Below, one piece after another: positions 1 through 6,382 of a stretch of 32,000 nucleotides of DNA; position 1 is the stretch's first letter; each line of letters starts with the position of its first letter. Both the position numbers and the translations under genes were made by a program. This DNA is from Candidatus Saccharimonadota bacterium (GTDB taxonomy: Bacteria; Patescibacteriota; Microgenomatia; UBA1406; GWC2-37-13). Below the pieces are notes generated by a model. It was given only the letters and a program-made list of their open reading frames with translations. It was not told the DNA's origin and did no database searches. The DNA lies in assembly GCA_016699265.1 (NCBI GenBank), contig CP064967.1:480001-512000 (forward strand). Reading direction: 5' to 3'.

Positions 1-1179
1 GTGGTTAGAATGGAAGACGATCTCAAAAACACAGATGGCCACACGTCAAATGAAAAAAAAGCTGGTGGAGGATCTTTTTTATCGGAGCAACTGGCACTAT
101 TGAAATGCTTAGGGGAAGCAATTGAAAGATTCTCATGCTCAACTTATAAAAACACGGACCTTGTAACTTCGTCTGCAGAGAAATTAGAAGGTAGTATCGA
201 CGTCACTAAAATCGTCGGCTTAACAGAAAGACAAAAAAAACAAAATAAAATGTTTAACGTCACTCCAAAGTCTGTTTTACGTTGGAAACAGGGTTACTCA
301 CTTGGTACTGGCAAAAAAGCCTATATCCCCGCCCAACTTATCTACCATAATTATAAATTTGACTCTCAGGAAAATATGTTTTATTTACCAATCAGTACAG
401 GAGCTGCTGGTGGAGGAAGCTTGACCGCGGCTTTAACGAGAGGAATATTTGAGATAGTAGAAAGAGATTCATTTGTTATTGCGTATTTAAATAAGATACG
501 CTTCCCAAAAGTAAGTCTAGACTCAGTAAAAGATGAATACGTCCAATTCCTACTTGAGATGTTAAAACGATATAGGCTTGCAATTCATGTTATAGATATT
601 ACTAACGACTTAAAGATACCCTGCTTTCTGTCAATAATAGTCAATAAGACAGGTATTGGTCCTGCTGTATCTACTGGTCTTAAGTGCCATCTTGACCCAA
701 TCGAGGCGATAACAGGTTCTATAGAGGAAGCATTTAATGTTCGTACCTGGACTCGACAAAATTACGAGGACAATCCTAAGAAAGAAAAGAAAAACATGAG
801 TGGAAATATAAGTAACACTGATCAGAGAGGGGTTTATTGGTACCAAAAAGAAATGATACATAAATTGGATTTTTGGCTAGACCAAAATGAAAAAACCTAT
901 AACTTAAGCCATGTTAAGTTATCACAACAAAAAATTCTCAGCACCACTGTGCAATCCCTTTTTAAGAAAGGATATGAAATATACTACGCTGATGTAACGC
1001 TACCACTATTAAAGAGGGTCGGTTATAAAATTGTTAAGGTAGTAATTCCTGGATTACAACCTTTCTACATGAACGAGATTTTGCCATATTTAGGAGGCGA
1101 AAGATTAACAGAAGTACCTAAAAAACTACCTTATCAATTTTCACGCACTTTAAATAAGGTGCCACATCCTTTTCTATGA
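1..1179 (+). CDS. YcaO-family cyclodehydratase (TOMM/LAP D-protein), 5'-partial at window edge
   Basis: The frame is open to position 1 with no upstream stop. Only about 20 aa precede the first conserved block, so the N-terminus (and any fused E1-like/RRE domain) is probably outside the window. The translation shows AGGGSF...LGEAIERFS and STGAAGGGSLTAALTRGIFEIVERDSF, both typical YcaO motifs. The C-terminus ...KVPHPFL resembles the Pro-rich tail of azoline-forming YcaOs. The stop overlaps the next start (ATGA at 1176-1179). Confidence 0.85.
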   Translation: MVRMEDDLKNTDGHTSNEKKAGGGSFLSEQLALLKCLGEAIERFSCSTYKNTDLVTSSAEKLEGSIDVTKIVGLTERQKKQNKMFNVTPKSVLRWKQGYSLGTGKKAYIPAQLIYHNYKFDSQENMFYLPISTGAAGGGSLTAALTRGIFEIVERDSFVIAYLNKIRFPKVSLDSVKDEYVQFLLEMLKRYRLAIHVIDITNDLKIPCFLSIIVNKTGIGPAVSTGLKCHLDPIEAITGSIEEAFNVRTWTRQNYEDNPKKEKKNMSGNISNTDQRGVYWYQKEMIHKLDFWLDQNEKTYNLSHVKLSQQKILSTTVQSLFKKGYEIYYADVTLPLLKRVGYKIVKVVIPGLQPFYMNEILPYLGGERLTEVPKKLPYQFSRTLNKVPHPFL

Positions 1180-1955
1180 AAATCAATAACGAATTAAAAA
1201 AGAAATTTAATTTACTGCCATATTCTGAATCGCAACAGTACCATCATGCAACAAAACTTACAAAATTTATAGAAAAAAAAGGTTCTATAAATAATGGTCC
1301 CAAAGAGTGGTTTCATATTTTCTATAAAGGCTATCCAAAATTCGAAAAAATCGTATTACCGAAAAAAATCAATTTGGATAACGTAAAACTCCTACATGCT
1401 TTAAGCAAAAGAAAGACACTGAGAGAATACTCAGGAAAAGAGTTAAATTTTTCAAAACTAGGTACATTGCTTTACTATTCAGCAGGATTAAGAAATAAAA
1501 ATCGTAAGGCTGGGAATAGATTCTACCCTTCTGCTGGAGCAAGGTATCCTCTTGAGACATACATAGTAAGTTTTAATACTAAAGGGCTTAAACAGGGAAT
1601 TTATCACTACCACCTAAGAAGTGGCAAATTAGAGTTTCTTTGGACAAAGAAACATTTTAAGGAAGTGCTTATGAAAAACTTCAACCAAGATTGGATATCG
1701 AACGCAGGAGCATTGATCGTTATTTCAGCAGTTTTTTGGAGGAATGAAATGAAGTATCGAGACAGAGGCTATAGACATACTTTAACAGAATTAGGAGCTT
1801 TAACACAAAACATATATCTTCTTTCAGCGGTTCTAAAATTAGGCTGCGCTTCAATTGGAGGTTTCATTGACGATAAATTAAACTCATTATTGGATTTAGA
1901 TGGTGAAGATGAGTCCGTATTAGGAGTCATAGCGGTCGGTGAGATTGACAAATAG
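1176..1955 (+). CDS. SagB-type FMN-dependent dehydrogenase (nitroreductase fold; azoline to azole oxidase)
   Basis: Motifs FYPSAGARYPLETY and RDRGYRHTLTELGALTQNIYL...GCASIGGFID are characteristic of SagB/McbC-type dehydrogenases. A 4-nt ATGA overlap with the YcaO gene implies translational coupling. Confidence 0.85.
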   Translation: MKINNELKKKFNLLPYSESQQYHHATKLTKFIEKKGSINNGPKEWFHIFYKGYPKFEKIVLPKKINLDNVKLLHALSKRKTLREYSGKELNFSKLGTLLYYSAGLRNKNRKAGNRFYPSAGARYPLETYIVSFNTKGLKQGIYHYHLRSGKLEFLWTKKHFKEVLMKNFNQDWISNAGALIVISAVFWRNEMKYRDRGYRHTLTELGALTQNIYLLSAVLKLGCASIGGFIDDKLNSLLDLDGEDESVLGVIAVGEIDK

Positions 1956-1973
1956 TTTTTTCTGATATATATT
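1945..1973 (+). promoter_or_regulatory. Candidate sigma70-like promoter for the precursor gene (TTGACA-17 nt-TATATT)
   Basis: TTGACA lies at 1945-1950, inside the last codons of the dehydrogenase gene. A 17-nt spacer follows, then TATATT at 1968-1973. A GGGGGTG Shine-Dalgarno sits at 1991-1997 and the ATG at 2003. This rests on sequence pattern only. Confidence 0.35.
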
Positions 1974-2002
1974 TACGGTCGTAAGGGTTAGGGGGTGATT
2001 TT

Positions 2003-2248
2003 ATGAGCAGATCAGAATTATTGTTAGAAGCCAGACCAATTGCCAGGCCAACCAGTAGACCGGTCACTAAAGGCATTCCAACATCAGCAGGAAGTTGTGG
2101 AGGAGGTAGCTGTGGTGGAGGCAGTTGTGGTGGTAGTTGTGGCTGCGACGGTTGTTGTTCCGCAAGTTCACAAGGATGCGCTTGTGACAGCTGTCAGATT
2201 TTTCCGGCCAAACTAAAAAATAAAGGTGTACGTGTTGTAAAGAAGTAA
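2003..2248 (+). CDS. LAP/TOMM precursor peptide (leader + Gly/Ser/Cys-rich core + cationic C-terminal tail)
   Basis: 81 aa. A strong SD (GGGGGTG) ends 5 nt before the ATG. The core, residues 31-65, is SCGGGSCGGGSCGGSCGCDGCCSASSQGCACDSCQ, with 10 Cys, 8 Ser and 11 Gly in 35 residues. The gene lies immediately downstream of the YcaO and dehydrogenase genes on the same strand. Confidence 0.8.
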   Translation: MSRSELLLEARPIARPTSRPVTKGIPTSAGSCGGGSCGGGSCGGSCGCDGCCSASSQGCACDSCQIFPAKLKNKGVRVVKK

Positions 2249-2258
2249 TTACACATAC

Positions 2259-3176
2259 TTAGTACTTTAGACTATTAAGAATCTCTCCTGATTCAAGATA
2301 TTCTACTATTCTGTTCAAATAATCAAGAGCCCAGTGATAGTGAGAATGTCTAAATCTTCTATAAAAACTCACAGTATTTATTCCTACTTCCAGAACATAA
2401 TAAGATAACGACGCTACATCGTCGGTAGAAAGATCGCCAGTTATTTTGGAATATCCTCGTGCGAACTCGGTAATATCTGTAATCGGCTGCCTAGTTCTTA
2501 ACGTATGAAATATGTACTTTGCAATGTCTTTTAGAGGGTCCCCTTCAGACCATGACTCGAAATCAATGAGAGCCATGGTACCATCTTTAAGTACTAATAC
2601 TTGGTCATTGTGAAGATCGTTATGTGTGAATGAAGGTTCCATCTCAACTAAGCGCCCTCTCAATGCTTCGGAATTATTACCAATAAGAGAAGCTGCCTCA
2701 GATCTAAGCGTGTCAGTACCTACACTTTCTAGACGTAGCTGTAATTTGGATGCAATTCTCTCAAAATCAGAATATTCCGATTGCCTCCAGCTTGTTCCCT
2801 CAACGTAAACATCATCATGCATTGTGCGAACTATTTCTCCGAATCTCCTTCGCAATAATAAGTCTGGATTGGTGTAGAGGTTCGTTCCAGCAATCTTAGA
2901 CGTAATTAGCACCGTTTTCCCCTCTTCTGTCATAGCAAGTCCTACCGGAGGAGTTGTCTTTATACCAGCATCGCTTGCTTTGGTTAGCCCTTCCCATTCG
3001 TGTTCCGCGCCATGGGATAATTGCGAAAACTTTATCGCTATATGCTTTCCTCTATGAATTCCGAATAACACAACGCTCGAAGTAAATGGATTTGCCACTG
3101 CCCCGTATACCTGTGGCGCTAGATCTTCTTGCTCTGTACCCAGTAATTTGAGCGGAACTCGATATTCAGGCAACAT
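2259..3176 (-). CDS. APH/choline-kinase-fold phosphotransferase (protein-kinase-like superfamily)
   Basis: It has a catalytic-loop-like FTHNDLHNDQVLV, a metal-binding ALIDFESWSEGDPLKDIAKY (the IDxE...GDPxxDxA pattern of the APH family), and an upstream HIAIKF candidate ATP-binding lysine. It is convergent with the precursor gene, with only 10 nt between the stops. Confidence 0.7.
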   Translation of the reverse strand: MLPEYRVPLKLLGTEQEDLAPQVYGAVANPFTSSVVLFGIHRGKHIAIKFSQLSHGAEHEWEGLTKASDAGIKTTPPVGLAMTEEGKTVLITSKIAGTNLYTNPDLLLRRRFGEIVRTMHDDVYVEGTSWRQSEYSDFERIASKLQLRLESVGTDTLRSEAASLIGNNSEALRGRLVEMEPSFTHNDLHNDQVLVLKDGTMALIDFESWSEGDPLKDIAKYIFHTLRTRQPITDITEFARGYSKITGDLSTDDVASLSYYVLEVGINTVSFYRRFRHSHYHWALDYLNRIVEYLESGEILNSLKY

Positions 3177-3198
3177 ACGGTCACATTATATCCTATTC

Positions 3199-3705
3199 TT
3201 ATTGTTGTGAAGCCATAAATGATCTAATATATTCTCTTTTTTCACTGTCACTTAACTTAAGAACTGCAACCCATATTTTTTTTCTTTCTCCTTTTGACTC
3301 CTTTTTAACATTCGCATTAAGTACCTCGTCCCCATAAAGCTGCTTTAAAGTAAAGTAGAGAAAAAGTGAAATAATTTTATGTACTTTATAATCCCACTCT
3401 TTTGAATAAAATCTGCCTTCGAACTTAATCTTATTGTCTAGAAATATTCTATGGAATAATTCGTGAACTAAAGTTGTTTTTTTTAGAGTTTTAGAATGAC
3501 TAGCTCTGAGCTTTAGAGGATAAGAATAAGAAGAACCTTCGTATACTATTGCATTAATTTTTTTTGTCTTAAAATTTAAACCAGTTATATCACTGATTGC
3601 TTTTCCAATTTTTCCTCTTTCCTCTTTCCAAATAAGACCGTACTCTTCTGTGGCTTTAGAAAGCTTTAGATTATTGTGATCTGGATAAAAACATATATCA
3701 AGCAC
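3199..3705 (-). CDS. Hypothetical small protein with HExxH motif (possible Zn-metallopeptidase)
   Basis: The 168-aa ORF contains LVHELFHRI (HExxH). No signal peptide is visible. No family was recognised beyond the motif. It lies upstream of the kinase on the same strand, with a 22-nt gap. Confidence 0.5.
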   Translation of the reverse strand: MLDICFYPDHNNLKLSKATEEYGLIWKEERGKIGKAISDITGLNFKTKKINAIVYEGSSYSYPLKLRASHSKTLKKTTLVHELFHRIFLDNKIKFEGRFYSKEWDYKVHKIISLFLYFTLKQLYGDEVLNANVKKESKGERKKIWVAVLKLSDSEKREYIRSFMASQQ

Positions 3706-3828
3706 GGGTTTATTTTATCAGACGTTTACCCCTTTTGGGAGATACCTAAAGGGATTGGAACACTTTTAGCATCGTTATGTAAATACACAAAAGTTGAGAA
3801 TTTCGCTTAGCCTCAGATTTGCAAAATG

Positions 3829-3901
3829 TGAGCCCGCAGGGACTCGAACCCTGAACCAATTCCTTAAGAGGGAACTGCTCTACCAGTTGAGCTACGGGCC
3901 C
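3829..3901 (-). tRNA. tRNA-Lys (anticodon CUU), CCA not encoded
   Basis: The reverse complement folds by hand as a 73-nt cloverleaf: GGGCCCG TA GCTC AACTGGTA GAGC A GTTCC CTCTTAA GGAAT TGGTT CAGGG TTCGAGT CCCTG CGGGCTC A. It has a 7-bp acceptor stem (one G-U), a GTTCGAGTC T-loop, and U33-CUU-A37. Confidence 0.9.
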
Positions 3902-3972
3902 GTTATAGCCTAGGCCATTTACCAAGCTCATATTATACACGGTGCTTCCTTCTAAATAAAATCCTGACCAGT

Positions 3973-3998
3973 GCTTCAATTATTTAAATAATTGAAGC
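3973..3998. repeat. Perfect palindrome, copy 1 (core CTTCAATTATTTAAATAATTGAAG)
   Basis: The 24-bp core at 3974-3997 is its own reverse complement. The flanking G/C extends it to 26 bp. An identical core recurs at 25331-25354. Confidence 0.9.
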
Positions 3999-4115
3999 AA
4001 GGATATTTAAACTCGTAGTAATTGATGTTTTTTATTCTGTCTGGATAGGCTAAAGGTGTGTTTTTGTAGCATATATGCGACTGACAAGAAACTAACGAAG
4101 TGATTTTATGGTTAC

Positions 4116-6128
4116 ATGTTCGCAAATGTTTTTACTTTTAACCTTAGAGCCATTCGGTTGAAGATGAATTTGATTATTGTATTGATTTTTGTACTTGCGA
4201 ACTTTCTGTCAGGCACCGTAAATGCAGCTTCACTGCACTTAGAGAAGGATCAAAACAATCCTTTTAATACCAACTTCTATATACTTCAAAGTACCGTAAC
4301 AAAAGAAAATGGAGAGTACAAAATGTGGTTCACAGGTTCTAACGGTACTAATTTAAAGATAAGATATGCTAGTTCAATAGATGGACTTAACTGGCCCACC
4401 TCCGAACTAGTGACGGTAAATGACACCGGTGATAATCACGACCCATCGTTGTTTAAGCATGAAGGAAACAATTATATATATTATATTTCTGAGCCATCTG
4501 AAGGTTCTGGCACCGATATAAAGGTCAAAAAAGCAACGGCAACAGGCGCTCAGTTTGATACTCCAGTTTTAATCAATCTAAATAGGCAGCAATGGAACAG
4601 TCAAAAACTGTCTTGTCCTTTCGGTTACTTTGAAAATGGTACCTACTTTTTGTTTTACTGTGGGACTGCTGGATCAGGTTGGAACTTAGGACTTGCTAGT
4701 TCAATAGATGGTATAAACTTCACACCCTGCTCTAATAATCCAATCATCAGTGGTGGTGATGTGGGTAACACTCAACTCTACACTGATGAGCATAATGTTA
4801 AACATCTACTTTATCACTCAACTAGTGGAATAACTGAGGTTACATCGGTAGGTCCTCTATCATGTAACTCTGTTTGGACAAACTATCATACTTTTATATC
4901 AAGAGACAAACCGTATGATCAAACGTATATTATCGCACCATCTCTTTTATACGACTCCTCTCCAAAAGAACTCTTCTACACCGCAAAGGGACCGGCTACG
5001 TCTGGGGAATGGAAACTAAACCGGGCTGTTGAAAACACAAGTAAGTCAAAGATAATTATTATTCCCGGATTTTTTGCTTCTTGGAATCAAGAGGCTATTT
5101 TACACAATTCAGAAACCAATGATTGGATAATTCCAACATATGTTCATGAATACGATGGATTAATGCAATCTCTCGAAAATGTAGGTTACAAAAAAAATAT
5201 TGATTACTTTGTTTATCCTTACGATTGGAGAAAATCTTTGAGCGAATCAGCCGACAATCTTCATAATTTCTTACAAACAAATATCTGGAGCCTCGATGAT
5301 TCCAATACGGTCAGCTTGGTCGGGCACTCAATGGGAGGATTGCTAAGTAGGATATATGCTCAAAAGTACTCTAGCGACAAAATCTCACAGGTGGTCACTG
5401 TAGGATCACCCCATAAAGGAGTTGTGCAGGTTTACCAACCGTTAGAAGCGGGGGAAACCAAGAAGGATGACTCATTTCTTTGGTTAGGAACAAAACTGTT
5501 GATAAATTTGAATAGATATAACTTTAGAACTGACAGGGAGATTGTAAGGAATTTAATCCCCTCTTTATATGACCTGTTTCCAACCTATGATTTTTTGAAA
5601 AATAAAAAAGGGAACCGTATCTCAGTAAATTCTTTATCAATACAAAATAATGCATTAAACGAATACAGTGATACAACCTCAATTGACAATAAAATGACTG
5701 TAATCTATGGCAACAAAACGATCAATAAAACACCGAAGGAAATTGTCGTTGGCAACAGAGCGCTCTTTGATCTTCTAACTAGGGATTATCTTGATGGAAG
5801 ACCTTTGAGTTACATATATGGAGCAGGTGACTACCTCGTACCTTTAATTAGTTCCCAATTTGGATCTGCACAAGTACAACTACCATTAGATCACGGTGAG
5901 CTAATTTATAAATCGGAAGGGATCAAGCAGATATTTAGTAATTTAAATGTACCATTTTCCGATGATCAGATAGAGGAGGGAGAGGAGACTAAAATATCAC
6001 CTTCCATACTTATCACTGCTCAGTCTCCAATTGCAATAGAGCTGGAGTTAGGCGACAATACATATTCGTCTGAAGGAGGAATGATTTTCTACCTAATGCA
6101 GAGTCTGGGACCTACAAGCTTCATGTGA
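4116..6128 (+). CDS. Secreted two-domain protein: N-terminal beta-propeller-like domain + C-terminal LCAT/lipase-like alpha/beta-hydrolase
   Basis: A signal-peptide-like MNLIIVLIFVLANFLSGTVNA|AS is present; the true start may be the ATG at 4164. Repeated ASSIDG(L/I)N(W/F) blocks are typical of GH43/32/130-type or BNR-like propellers. The C-terminal half has IIIPGFFASWN, YPYDWRKS (LCAT-family YDWR) and LVGHSMGG (GxSxG nucleophile elbow). The 3' end appears frameshifted (see findings). Confidence 0.7.
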   Translation: MFANVFTFNLRAIRLKMNLIIVLIFVLANFLSGTVNAASLHLEKDQNNPFNTNFYILQSTVTKENGEYKMWFTGSNGTNLKIRYASSIDGLNWPTSELVTVNDTGDNHDPSLFKHEGNNYIYYISEPSEGSGTDIKVKKATATGAQFDTPVLINLNRQQWNSQKLSCPFGYFENGTYFLFYCGTAGSGWNLGLASSIDGINFTPCSNNPIISGGDVGNTQLYTDEHNVKHLLYHSTSGITEVTSVGPLSCNSVWTNYHTFISRDKPYDQTYIIAPSLLYDSSPKELFYTAKGPATSGEWKLNRAVENTSKSKIIIIPGFFASWNQEAILHNSETNDWIIPTYVHEYDGLMQSLENVGYKKNIDYFVYPYDWRKSLSESADNLHNFLQTNIWSLDDSNTVSLVGHSMGGLLSRIYAQKYSSDKISQVVTVGSPHKGVVQVYQPLEAGETKKDDSFLWLGTKLLINLNRYNFRTDREIVRNLIPSLYDLFPTYDFLKNKKGNRISVNSLSIQNNALNEYSDTTSIDNKMTVIYGNKTINKTPKEIVVGNRALFDLLTRDYLDGRPLSYIYGAGDYLVPLISSQFGSAQVQLPLDHGELIYKSEGIKQIFSNLNVPFSDDQIEEGEETKISPSILITAQSPIAIELELGDNTYSSEGGMIFYLMQSLGPTSFM

Positions 6129-6382
6129 AAAAAATTGAGTGAAGGCGATTACACAATTACATTAGCTCAAATTGCGGAAAAAAAACGATGTTTGGGAGCA
6201 GTTTACCGGTCAAATTACAGAAAAATATGTCGATGAAGAAGATATATATACAATTCGTTTTGATAGATCTAGCGCCCAATCTCAAATTTCTCATAAAAAT
6301 TGCTCTAAATTCATTAAACACCGAATGAAAAGACTTTTCAGATATGATTGTAAGATTAAAAAAAGAAGTTAAAGGTGGCTCA

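Noticed and set aside
3746-3979. A 77-aa ORF on the minus strand.
   Set aside because: It is fully explained by the tRNA-Lys gene (3829..3901) embedded in it. The translation is low-complexity read-through of tRNA sequence.
6126-6128. UGA recoding (genetic code 25 or 4, as in some CPR lineages or Mollicutes) as the explanation for the stop in the lipase-like gene.
   Set aside because: Long conserved genes in the window (ileS, ftsZ, ftsA, murC, mraY) contain no in-frame TGA, and the YcaO gene terminates at a TGA overlapping the next start. Read-through alone would also not restore the downstream frames.
6172-6372. A 66-aa ORF as an independent gene.
   Set aside because: It has no ATG start (the track start is TTG) and no SD. 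Its sequence reads as the frameshifted continuation of the upstream lipase-like gene, so it is reported as a finding instead.
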